The notes: a model not told the origin generated them from the sequence alone. A stretch of DNA of 64,000 bases from Candidatus Nanohaloarchaea archaeon (GCA_042218075.1 JBDGRK010000022.1:1-64000); one strand, 5' to 3'. Positions 36,683 through 45,492 are shown, numbered from the stretch's first letter. Made by a program: numbers and translations.

Positions 36683-38365
36683 ATGGAGCTTGAAGAACTC
36701 GCAAGGAAGTACGCGCTTAGGAACGCAGTGGAGCACGGGGGAGAATCGGATCCGGGCGCGGTGATTGGAAAGATAATGGCGGAAGAAGACTTCGACCCCG
36801 GAGAAGTACAGGAAATCGCAGGAAAAATCTGTGGGGAGATCAACTCGATGAGCCAGAAAGAGCAGGCGAAAGAGCTTGAGAAATACGAGTTCGAGAAGGA
36901 AGAGGAGGAGCACGATCCCATCCCGGACCTGAAGGATGCGGAGCAGGCAGAAGCCGTGGTGAGGTTCGCGCCGAATCCAAATGGGGCGCCACACATAGGC
37001 CACGCGAGAGGAATGATCATCAACGGCGAGCTGAAGCAGAAGTACGATGGAGAACTGATCCTTCGGTTCGACGACACTGATCCCCGGACGAAGAGACCTC
37101 TGAAGAACGAAGAATACGATGCATACCGGATGATAGAGGAGGATTACCGCTGGCTTGGATACGAGCCCGATCGAGTGGTAAAGAGCTCGGAAAGATTCGA
37201 TATTTACATTGAATACGCGGAAGATCTGATTGAGAAGGAAAAGGCATACGTCTGCTTCTGCGACCAGGAGAAAGCCTCGGAGCTGAGATCAAAGGGAGAA
37301 GCCTGTCCACACAGAGATCAGTCTGAGGAGGAAACGATTGAGAGCTGGGAAGAGATGAGAGAAGGAGAAATTGCTGAGGGAGAGGCAGTCCTAAAGATCA
37401 AGACGGATCTCGACCACAAGAATCCCGCGATTAGAGACTTTGTCGCGTTCCGGATTATAGAAGATCCTGATCACCCTATTACAGGCGATAAGTACCGGGT
37501 CTGGCCGATGCTTGACTTCCAGGGAGCCATAGAGGACCAGGAGCTTGGAACCACCCACATCGTTAGGGGAAAGGAACTGAGAGCCTCTACAAAGAGGCAG
37601 AAGTATATCTACGACTACTTCGGCTGGGATTATCCCGAGGTAAAGTACTGGGGAAAAGTCCAGATTTCCGGCTTCAATACGCCTGTAAGCGGCTCAGAGC
37701 TGAAGGAGATGATCGAGTCGGGAGAGCTTGAAGGATGGAATGATGTGAGAGCTCCCACACTCAAAGCGCTGAAGAAGAGAGGTTTCAGACCCGAGGCGAT
37801 CCGCAACTTCTTCTCTAAGATGGGAGTTACTGAAAACGATATCGATGCCTCGGTCGAAAATCTTGAATCCGAGAATAGAAATATTGTTGAAGAGAAAGCC
37901 GACAGGTACTTTTTCGTCCGAAATCCGGTTGAACTGGAGATTGAAGGCGTCCCAGAAAAAGCTGAGCCAGAGATGCCGCTGCACCCCGACTATCCGGAAA
38001 GAGGCACTAGATCGCCTGAACTGGAGAGAGATGGAGAAACCGCCAGAGTTTTAATCGAGAAGGAAGACCTGGAAGAAGGTTTCCTGAGATTGAAGGGATT
38101 CTGCAACATTGAAATTACCGATCCAGATGAAGGAAAAACAGAGTTTGTCGAAGGAGATCACACGGTAGCGGTTGAGAGAGACGCTCCTATCATCCACTGG
38201 ACACCGACTCTTGGAGAAGAAGCCACCGTCAAGATGCCTAATGGAACCAATTACCAGGGAATCCTTGAGCAGAACGAGATAGAGGTCGATCAAGTGGTCC
38301 AGTTCGAGAGGTTCGGATTTGTCAGGAAGGATGCGGACGGTAAATTCTACTACGCACATGAGTGA
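36683..38365 (+). CDS. gltX: Glutamyl-tRNA synthetase (archaeal, likely non-discriminating given gatDE)
   Basis: RFAPNPNGAPHIGH, RFDDTDP, VQFERFGF. Confidence 0.96.
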   Translation: MELEELARKYALRNAVEHGGESDPGAVIGKIMAEEDFDPGEVQEIAGKICGEINSMSQKEQAKELEKYEFEKEEEEHDPIPDLKDAEQAEAVVRFAPNPNGAPHIGHARGMIINGELKQKYDGELILRFDDTDPRTKRPLKNEEYDAYRMIEEDYRWLGYEPDRVVKSSERFDIYIEYAEDLIEKEKAYVCFCDQEKASELRSKGEACPHRDQSEEETIESWEEMREGEIAEGEAVLKIKTDLDHKNPAIRDFVAFRIIEDPDHPITGDKYRVWPMLDFQGAIEDQELGTTHIVRGKELRASTKRQKYIYDYFGWDYPEVKYWGKVQISGFNTPVSGSELKEMIESGELEGWNDVRAPTLKALKKRGFRPEAIRNFFSKMGVTENDIDASVENLESENRNIVEEKADRYFFVRNPVELEIEGVPEKAEPEMPLHPDYPERGTRSPELERDGETARVLIEKEDLEEGFLRLKGFCNIEITDPDEGKTEFVEGDHTVAVERDAPIIHWTPTLGEEATVKMPNGTNYQGILEQNEIEVDQVVQFERFGFVRKDADGKFYYAHE

Positions 38366-38370
38366 AAGGT

Positions 38371-38520
38371 TGGGAAGGCCGGGGATCGAACCCGGGACCT
38401 CTGCGTAGCTCATTTCTGCACCAAACTTCGGATGGGATTTTTAATCATCGAGTCTCCCGACTCTCATCGCTCATACAGCAAGTATGAGCGCAGCGCTCTA
38501 TCCGACTGAGCTACCTTCCC
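38371..38520 (-). tRNA. tRNA with CAT anticodon (probably elongator Met) and a 76-nt intron at 37/38 (38407-38482)
   Basis: Full cloverleaf GGGAAGG/CCTTCCC, CTGCG/CGCAG, TTCGATC; BHB helix CTCA/TGAG with 3-nt bulges; no encoded CCA. Ile2 not formally excluded. Confidence 0.92.
38407..38482 (-). ncRNA. Intron-encoded, circularly permuted box C/D guide RNA candidate targeting C34 of the host tRNA
   Basis: Guide GTATGAGCG, box D ATGA, stem GAGTC-GGGA-GACTC, box C ATGATTA, 10-nt spacer, D' CCGA. Confidence 0.7.
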
Positions 38521-38625
38521 GCACAACTGCCAAACGAAGCAGTTGGCAATTCTTCCAATACAACTTACCGGAAGCGATGCGGCGTCAGCCGCATGGCTTA
38601 TTGCGTGCCCACTCAGCGTAACGAG
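38521..38625 (-). other. Structured inter-tRNA spacer (multi-hairpin)
   Basis: ATGCGGC/GCCGCAT, CTTCCGGTA/TATTGGAAG and CAACTGC/GCAGTTG stems; G-U pairs favour the minus strand. Confidence 0.6.
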
Positions 38626-38791
38626 TGGGTTCGCCCGGATTTGAACCGGGGATCTCCGCCACTCCGACCGCGAAGCTGATCCTCTATTCGTCGAAACTCT
38701 CAGGTTCTTCGAGTTTCTCAGCCTCACATCTCGCCGACGGCGAGAAGTTCGGGTGTCAAGGCGGTGTCATAACCAGCTAGACCACGAACCC
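38626..38791 (-). tRNA. tRNA-Val(GAC) with a 92-nt intron at 37/38 (38662-38753)
   Basis: GGGTTCG/CGAACCC, CCGCC/GGCGG, TTCAAAT; BHB helix TTGA/TCGG with bulges CA|C and AG|T. Confidence 0.92.
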
Positions 38792-38876
38792 CAACCGACT
38801 TAAGACTGGTGTTTCCGGATTTTCGAGTTAGGCTTAAATAATTGGGAATCAATGGTTTATTGTGGAGGACAGTTTG

Positions 38877-39026
38877 ATGGTTTCATGCGAGAACTGTGGA
38901 AGAGACCTGAACGTTGACAAGGTTGAAAAACCAGAGGTTGACTGGGTTAAGGTTGTCTGCAGCGAATGCGGAGAAGTGAAGAATATCTCAATGGTCAGGC
39001 TGTCCGCTAATGCGAGGACGAAATAA
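38877..39026 (+). CDS. 49-aa zinc-finger microprotein (two CxxCG)
   Basis: MVSCENCGRDL...VVCSECGEVKN; GGAGG upstream; below the track cutoff. Confidence 0.75.
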   Translation: MVSCENCGRDLNVDKVEKPEVDWVKVVCSECGEVKNISMVRLSANARTK

Positions 39027-39077
39027 TCTGTATTCAAAGTTGTTTTAAATTTAGCAGTGGAGTTCTTATTTGATAAC

Positions 39078-39611
39078 ATGGTAAACAAGTGGCAGGACTA
39101 CGAGACAGGTCCGAACCCTCCAGAGGAAATCTACGCAGTGGTTGAAAATCCTGAAGGAACGCAGAATAAGTACGAATATGATAAGGAGAAGGAGTCAGTT
39201 GTTCTGGATCGTGTTCTATACGCTTCTATAAACTATCCGGGCGACTACGGCTTCATCCCGAGAGCATACTACGAGGACGGGGATCCAATGGACATCCTTG
39301 TGCTGACAACTCATTCCACCTTCCCCGGCTGCGTGATAGAGGTCAGGCCTGTCGGAATTCTCTACATGGACGATGACGGAGAGCAGGACGACAACATCAT
39401 CGCGGTTCCGACGGAAGATCCGAGGTGGAACAATATCCAGGATCTTGATGATGTGAACGAACACAGAAAGAAGGAAATCGCCGAGTTCTTCCGGACCTAC
39501 AAGAACCTGGAGCCGAATAAAGAAGTCGAGATCGAGGGATGGGGAGGAAAGGAAGAGGCCCATGAAGCCATCGAGAGAAGCCAGGAGCTGTACAGGGAGG
39601 AATTCTATTAA
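39078..39611 (+). CDS. ppa: Inorganic pyrophosphatase (family I)
   Basis: NKYEYD, YPGDYGF, DGDPMD, FFRTYK. Confidence 0.95.
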   Translation: MVNKWQDYETGPNPPEEIYAVVENPEGTQNKYEYDKEKESVVLDRVLYASINYPGDYGFIPRAYYEDGDPMDILVLTTHSTFPGCVIEVRPVGILYMDDDGEQDDNIIAVPTEDPRWNNIQDLDDVNEHRKKEIAEFFRTYKNLEPNKEVEIEGWGGKEEAHEAIERSQELYREEFY

Positions 39612-40015
39612 TGTTCAGTATAGACTATGATGAACTTTCAGACGAGACCCTGAGTTTTGCCCGAGAGCTTCATCGATACTCGACTGAAGCCGCAAATTTG
39701 CTTGAAGAGAGCGGGGAAAGTGATCCAGAATACAATCCACTCAAAAAGGCCAGAAATCTCCTTAAACAGGATGCGGGAGAGTTTTTCGGACAACCAGGAG
39801 ATGAGACAGTTGCAGAAATGCTGGTCGATGACCCGGATGAACTACTTGGATACTACCGGGAATTGGAGGAAGATATAGAGTACATTAAAAATTCTGGATC
39901 AGGATATGAACCTCCTTCAGCTGTAGAGTCCTCAGTCGAAAGGAGGCTTGAAGCCCTCGCGGAAATGACTTTCAACCTTGTTCAGACTCAGGGAATCTCA
40001 GCTACCGGTGCTTGA
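39611..40015 (+). CDS. Hypothetical acidic protein
   Basis: TAATG coupling to ppa. Confidence 0.7.
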   Translation: MFSIDYDELSDETLSFARELHRYSTEAANLLEESGESDPEYNPLKKARNLLKQDAGEFFGQPGDETVAEMLVDDPDELLGYYRELEEDIEYIKNSGSGYEPPSAVESSVERRLEALAEMTFNLVQTQGISATGA

Positions 40016-40804
40016 GTACCTTCCCAGGCCAAACCTCCAGAACCTGTAACTTATGTAGAAGAATAGAGGTCCGGCGAGAGGAAGAATGACCTGCCAGAGC
40101 TCCTGACCTTCTTTACCTAGGATGAAGGAGGCAGGAAAAATTGTTGCGAATGCGAGCGGAACAAGGGTTACGAGAAGGGCCTGTACCGCTATACCGAAAA
40201 TCTCGAACGGATATTTTCTGAAGTTGCTCATCCTGAAGAGCAGCCAGACCGCACTTCTCGAGGTTCCGGTCCAGAACGCGGTAGAGGAGAACAGAAGATA
40301 AATCGATCCCATGATCAGAATCCCACTCCCCAACGATAGACCTGCGTAGATAAGTTTTATGAGTCCAACTTCAAGTCCAAGCTGAAGTGAAGCGTAGATA
40401 ACGAGTGCGATGTTTGCGATGATCTTGGGCAGGTTGCTGTCCCTTATGTTATCCGCGTAAACCTGGAAGAGAGGATCAAGAGGTCTTACCAGGAAGCGAT
40501 CGAAGTCTCCCGTCAGGATGTAGTCTTCTCCGATCCGGGTGGCATTATATAGGAAAACATTGTGAGTGAAGACGACCACACCACCGAATCCGGAAAGGAA
40601 GAGCATCTCATTGAAGCTCCAGCCGTTCAGCGATTCTATCTGGGTGAAGACCAGTGTCAGGAAGATCAGAGATACTGACACACTCGTCAGGTGAGCAGTA
40701 GTACCGAGAAGGAAGTCTTTCTTGTAGACCAGTCGAGATTTCCAGTACTGCCTGAAGTAGAGCCAGTAGATACCTACATACTTACCGATCTCCTCTCTAT
40801 TCAT
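39998..40804 (-). CDS. ABC-2 type permease (DUF990-like)
   Basis: GWSFNEM, GDFDRFLVRP, YPFEIF, YSSTGS. Confidence 0.88.
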   Translation of the reverse strand: MNREEIGKYVGIYWLYFRQYWKSRLVYKKDFLLGTTAHLTSVSVSLIFLTLVFTQIESLNGWSFNEMLFLSGFGGVVVFTHNVFLYNATRIGEDYILTGDFDRFLVRPLDPLFQVYADNIRDSNLPKIIANIALVIYASLQLGLEVGLIKLIYAGLSLGSGILIMGSIYLLFSSTAFWTGTSRSAVWLLFRMSNFRKYPFEIFGIAVQALLVTLVPLAFATIFPASFILGKEGQELWQVILPLAGPLFFYISYRFWRFGLGRYSSTGS

Positions 40805-40807
40805 ACA

Positions 40808-41587
40808 TCAACCACCCTGCACCGTCAGTTTCTTCTTGGCTTTTTTCCAGAGAACCTGGCTGAACAAGAGCAGGAAACCAATCCAGAATAGCTGGATCGC
40901 AAACACGGATAGAACGCCCTGAGAACTTCCTAAATAAATGGAGATAGGTGCGTCAACTAGAGAGGGAAAAGGAGTCAACCGGAAAAAACGGACAATATTT
41001 TCCGGTATCAGGTAGAGGGGTATCATCGCACCTGATAATAAAGCTGTAACCATAAACCTGATCATCCTCAGGCTGTTGCCTATCTTGGTCCAGAAAACCA
41101 GCATCGAGGTGGTGTAGGAGAGTAGTATCACGAGGTTGAGGCTCAGAAATACAGAAAGAAAGAACATTAACCCCGAAGAGGGGAGGCCGATGCCGAGCAC
41201 TAGAATAGCCGCAGTGACTGCAGGAATCCCTCTAGTCACGATCTTGAAACTGGACTTCCCGAGCTGGTAGAAGTAGAGCTGCAAACCAAGCGAGGCCGGC
41301 TTCTTCAGCTCATTCACTATAGTTCCCTTCCTGACTCTTTCACCAACCCAGGATTCAATATCCGCGGAAGTTGAACTGTTGATGACCTGCGCCAGCGCTA
41401 CATAGGCAATGATAGAGGAGAAAGGCTGGGCTAGCTCCCCTGAAGCTGCTATAGCCCTCCATACATAGTAGAAAAGAACAAGCGAGATGAAGGTCGCGAA
41501 GACACCGGAGACAGCGTTAGCCCTGTACTGGAGGCCTTCCCGCAGTCCGACTCTGAAAAATGAGAGGTACTTTAGGGGTTTCATCAC
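40808..41587 (-). CDS. ABC-2 type permease (DUF990-like)
   Basis: QYRAN, GTIVNELKKP, LSGAMIPL, VQGG. Confidence 0.88.
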   Translation of the reverse strand: MMKPLKYLSFFRVGLREGLQYRANAVSGVFATFISLVLFYYVWRAIAASGELAQPFSSIIAYVALAQVINSSTSADIESWVGERVRKGTIVNELKKPASLGLQLYFYQLGKSSFKIVTRGIPAVTAAILVLGIGLPSSGLMFFLSVFLSLNLVILLSYTTSMLVFWTKIGNSLRMIRFMVTALLSGAMIPLYLIPENIVRFFRLTPFPSLVDAPISIYLGSSQGVLSVFAIQLFWIGFLLLFSQVLWKKAKKKLTVQGG

Positions 41588-42564
41588 AGACCCTCGTTGT
41601 AGATGTGCTTTACCACTGCCTCAATGTCCGGCTCCTTTATCTGGAAATCTATCACATCGTATTCTTCCAGGACCTCCCTCATCAGCTCTGAGGCGGAGAT
41701 CTTTTCGCGATCGAAGACTATCTCTATCCTGGCATCCTCCTTCTCGACCTTTTCGATTCCATCCATCTCCAGATCGAAATCCTCTCCATTCCTGACATCC
41801 AGTATCAGCCTCCTGGAAGTGAACCGATTCACAAGTGCATCCAGCTCTCCATCGTATATCTTCTCCCCCTGGTCGAGAACCACGATCCTATCGCACAGGT
41901 CCTCGATATCATCTATGTCGTGGGTGGTCAGCATCACCGTGATATCCTTCTCCTGGTTCATCTTCCGTATGAAGTCCCTTATCCTCTCCTTCACCGCGAC
42001 ATCGAGACCGATCGTGGGTTCATCAAGATAGGCGATCTTGGGATGGTGGAGAAACGCGGCCGCAAGCTCGCATCTCATCTTCTGCCCCAGGCTCAGCTTT
42101 CTCACCGGCTGGTCCCAGAAATCCGAAAGCTGGAGAACCTCGTCGAACTCGTCAATCCTCTGCTCGTAATCCTCATCCTCAACCTCGTATATCTCTTTCA
42201 GGAGCTTGAACGATTCCCTTACAGGTAGATCCCACCACAGCTGGGTCTTCTGGCCGAAAACCACGCCGATATTCATCGCGTTCTTCTTCCTCTGTTTGTT
42301 AGGATCCCTGCCGTCGACCTCGATTCTTCCAGAACTCGGCTCGAGAATACCTGTAAGCATCTTGACCGTCGTGGACTTTCCCGCACCGTTAGCACCGATG
42401 TAGCCGATCATCTCTCCCTCCTCTATCTCAAAGTCAAGATCTTCAACTGCTTGAACCTCCTCGTATTCCCTCGAGATGAAGGACTTCAGGTATCCTCTAA
42501 TTCCCTCCCCTCTCTGGTAGATTCGGAAAGTCTTATCCAGGTTTTCAGCTTCAATTAAGCTCAT
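41584..42564 (-). CDS. ABC transporter ATP-binding protein
   Basis: GANGAGKST, LSLGQ, LDEPTIGLD, TTH. Confidence 0.95.
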   Translation of the reverse strand: MSLIEAENLDKTFRIYQRGEGIRGYLKSFISREYEEVQAVEDLDFEIEEGEMIGYIGANGAGKSTTVKMLTGILEPSSGRIEVDGRDPNKQRKKNAMNIGVVFGQKTQLWWDLPVRESFKLLKEIYEVEDEDYEQRIDEFDEVLQLSDFWDQPVRKLSLGQKMRCELAAAFLHHPKIAYLDEPTIGLDVAVKERIRDFIRKMNQEKDITVMLTTHDIDDIEDLCDRIVVLDQGEKIYDGELDALVNRFTSRRLILDVRNGEDFDLEMDGIEKVEKEDARIEIVFDREKISASELMREVLEEYDVIDFQIKEPDIEAVVKHIYNEGL

Positions 42565-42589
42565 AAAGATTTAGCAAAAACAGAGCTTT

Positions 42590-42895
42590 TTAGTGGTACT
42601 CGTAGACTTCATCTTCCAGTTCCTTAAGTAAACTATCTAAGGCATCGCCTTCTCCGAAAAACTCGAATTTTTTATCTCTGTAGAAAGCGTAGAAAGTTCC
42701 CTCTTCAGATCTATATCTATAGAAATCAACATCAGCTTCATTAAGATCCCTGAGTTTCACATCAATTTCTATCTCATTAGGTTCAATCTCATCTATATCG
42801 TAATTAACAATTAGGAGATTCATCAAGTCATCCAGTCCATCAGTTCCTATTTCGACTGAAACATGGTAATAGTCATCTCCAACTCTAATGCTCAT
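42590..42895 (-). CDS. Hypothetical acidic protein (AT-rich)
   Basis: ATGA coupling to XPB. Confidence 0.65.
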   Translation of the reverse strand: MSIRVGDDYYHVSVEIGTDGLDDLMNLLIVNYDIDEIEPNEIEIDVKLRDLNEADVDFYRYRSEEGTFYAFYRDKKFEFFGEGDALDSLLKELEDEVYEYH

Positions 42896-44529
42896 TCTTC
42901 CACCGTAACTGGAACACCCTTCTCCTTAAGGTGCTCGACCTGTCTCTTCACGAAATCCTCCTCATTGGAGCCTTTGGTTGCGACGATGTAGACCTGCGCA
43001 TCACCGAAAGGCCTCATCACCCTCCCGGCTCTCTGGGTCGCCTGCCTCCTGGATCCTCCCTGTCCCGAGGCGATTATGCCGACTTCAGCGTCGGGAAGGT
43101 CAAGTCCCTCATCTCCGATCCTGGAGACGATTATCGTGTCCTGCTCTCCCTGCCTGAACTTCTCGAAGTAATCCTCCCTTTCCTCGAAATCTGTCTCGCC
43201 AGATACGAAAGGAAGGTCGAACTCCTCCGAGAGCTGCTCCCCTTGATCCAGCCAGTCGCAGAAGATGATAGTCTTCTCTTCCTCGTGTTTCTCCAGTATC
43301 GACTCGATCTCAGGGATCTTCGCCGGATTTTTTGAGGCTATTATTGCCTTCTTGAAGCCCGATGCCTCGTTGTACTTGTTCCTGTAGAAGTCGCTCTCCC
43401 ATTCAACCAGCTGGATCTCCACGTCCGGCTTCAGAACGTACTCCTGGTTGAAGAAGCGGGCCCAGTCTCCTCCTATCTCCTGGCCTATCAGCGCGAAAAT
43501 CTCCTTCTCCTTGTTGTCCTCCCTCACAGGCGAGGCGGAAAGACCTACCCTTCTAGTCGACTGGAGGTTCGCAGTTTTTGAGAACAGCGAGCTCGGGATG
43601 TGGTGGACCTCGTCGTAGATTATCAGCCCCCACTCCCTCCTGAATAGCGAGGTCTTCTCTCCCGCCATGTGGTACGTCGCTATAGTCACATCCTTCATGT
43701 TCTTCTCGTCGCCGTGGAACTCGCCGATCTGGTCCTCAGTTAGAGTTGTCTTGTCCAGTAGTTCGCGCCTCCACTGTCCCACTAGAGATCTCTGCGGCAC
43801 AAGTATCAGGGTTGGAGAATCGATCCTCGCCATCAACCCGATCGCGGTTACTGTCTTTCCTGAACCTGCGGGGTTTGCAAGCACCGCGGCCTTCTTCTCA
43901 TGCGCCCGATCCACGTATTCCTCCTGGTAGTCCCTCAGATCCACTTTGAGATCCGCTCCTATACTCCTGTCGACATCCCTGAACCTGGAGTTGTCCTCCA
44001 CGGGATAGCCCTTTTTCAGCAGTACTTCCTTGATCTTGGCTCTGGACTTAGCTCCCATCGCGATCCTTGACTTGGTGTCTGAGAGATCCACTGCCAGGTT
44101 TTCTCTTACGTCTTCGATACCTCTCGCCCACTCCATCCTCTCCGGGTCAGAGGAGACCAGAGAGTGATAAGTTCCCTCATGTTCAATTGAGAAAACTTCC
44201 TGCCTCTCGTAGGTCCTCTCGAGCCAGTTCAGGAAGTTCGGATAGTTGCCGAGTATTCGAGTATATATTTCCTTCATCTCCTCCAGGGAGAGGTCGGAGT
44301 TCCATACATCCATTTGTTTGACGCGGAACTTGTAGTGGTCGCCGGAAGAGGTGTCGAGGTGCGCTATCCCCGACATCTCGCTCAGCGTCTCCTCGTCCGG
44401 GTTCGTCAGAATTATCTCGCGCTGGGGTTCGAAGAATACAGCTCTCTCATCTTCAATTTCGTTCTCCAGCTCATTTATCCTTTCAATCAGTTCTTCCTTC
44501 GGCATCGATTCAAGATCTTCCTCGGGCAT
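42892..44529 (-). CDS. XPB/Rad25-family SF2 helicase
   Basis: LRDYQ, PAGSGKT, DEVH, SASPVRED, QRAGRVMR. Confidence 0.92.
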   Translation of the reverse strand: MPEEDLESMPKEELIERINELENEIEDERAVFFEPQREIILTNPDEETLSEMSGIAHLDTSSGDHYKFRVKQMDVWNSDLSLEEMKEIYTRILGNYPNFLNWLERTYERQEVFSIEHEGTYHSLVSSDPERMEWARGIEDVRENLAVDLSDTKSRIAMGAKSRAKIKEVLLKKGYPVEDNSRFRDVDRSIGADLKVDLRDYQEEYVDRAHEKKAAVLANPAGSGKTVTAIGLMARIDSPTLILVPQRSLVGQWRRELLDKTTLTEDQIGEFHGDEKNMKDVTIATYHMAGEKTSLFRREWGLIIYDEVHHIPSSLFSKTANLQSTRRVGLSASPVREDNKEKEIFALIGQEIGGDWARFFNQEYVLKPDVEIQLVEWESDFYRNKYNEASGFKKAIIASKNPAKIPEIESILEKHEEEKTIIFCDWLDQGEQLSEEFDLPFVSGETDFEEREDYFEKFRQGEQDTIIVSRIGDEGLDLPDAEVGIIASGQGGSRRQATQRAGRVMRPFGDAQVYIVATKGSNEEDFVKRQVEHLKEKGVPVTVEE

Positions 44530-44531
44530 GC

Positions 44532-44575
44532 CACTCCTGTTGTAGGACAAATCTTAAATTGTTGGATTCAGAGAA
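44532..44575. repeat. XPB promoter/leader region with a degenerate direct copy at 45399-45442
   Basis: 33/44 ungapped identity by hand, core aaatc(t/c)taaattgttg...agagaa. Confidence 0.65.
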
Positions 44576-44615
44576 CTCTGGCATCCATCTGAGAATAATC
44601 AGTTAAAAATCCCTT

Positions 44616-44953
44616 CTACTCATTCATTCCTTGGATGTAATCCTGAACTGCGTTCACAACTTGGTCATCTCTTCCAGTCTAGCACCAAGTTTCTTATCGA
44701 TTATATCGTTGTCAGAAAGACTGGCGAAGATATCGCTCAAATCCTCTCCCCTTGGCATGTTTTCCGCCGCAGGGATATTATTCCCAATATCGATCGAGGC
44801 CTCCACAGCTTCCTGCAGAGAATGTTTTACTGCCTGTCTACGCTCAAAAGAATCATTAAATTCCTCTTTTCCAGCATTATCTACCTTCGAAAGATATGAA
44901 AGCTGTTCGTTGATTATATCAATCTTTCTTTCCACAACATCACGATCTATCAT
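44616..44953 (-). pseudogene. HEPN (DUF86) toxin with an internal deletion removing the Rx4H motif
   Basis: MIDRDVVERKI...LEEMTK then stop; tail VNAVQDYIQGMNE* in another frame. Confidence 0.75.
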
Positions 44954-45344
44954 GCCCTAACCGACCTCCTCAGTCGATTATAATCATCAAAGAAATGTTT
45001 GTAATCATCATACCGGCGGTAAACATTAGTTTCAAAATTCACCCTTTCTCTCTCATCATCGACGTAAACAGGCTCTCCATTGCTTATCACCTGGTGCTGG
45101 AAGACGACATCAGAATCATTCAGCACCGATAGATCAACTTCCTTGTCAATCAGTTTCTCAAGCTCTATAAAAATACGGCTGAGCTGGCGGGGCTTCAGGC
45201 TTTCCTCAACAAAAATAGCAATATCAAGATCGCTACCCTCGTGACCGGTTCCCTTCAGGAGAGAACATGGGCGTAAGCCAACAGTACTTCATCGTATTCA
45301 CTCATGATGCGGGAAATATTTTCTCTCAGGTTTTCCAGATTCAT
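44950..45344 (-). pseudogene. MNT antitoxin frameshifted in the GS motif
   Basis: ...LAYAH CAT-GT-TCT (one G missing from GGT), then SLLKGTGHEGSDLDIAIFV...VRA* in the shifted frame. Confidence 0.85.
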
Positions 45345-45492
45345 ACTATAGCTTAGCTCCAGAAATATAAAAGAATGAAACCAATCTCTCCGGTAAGTCA
45401 TTACTGCTATAGCAGAAATCCTAAATTGTTGAGTCAAGAGAATCTCCGGAGGTTCCGTTACTGATTTATATTCTGGAGTTCAATTCTACTTC

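Noticed and set aside
38662-38753. Hammerhead ribozyme in the Val intron (CTGA..GA and GAAAC elements)
   Set aside because: No complete CUGANGA...GAAA...UH core on either strand, and a normal BHB motif explains excision
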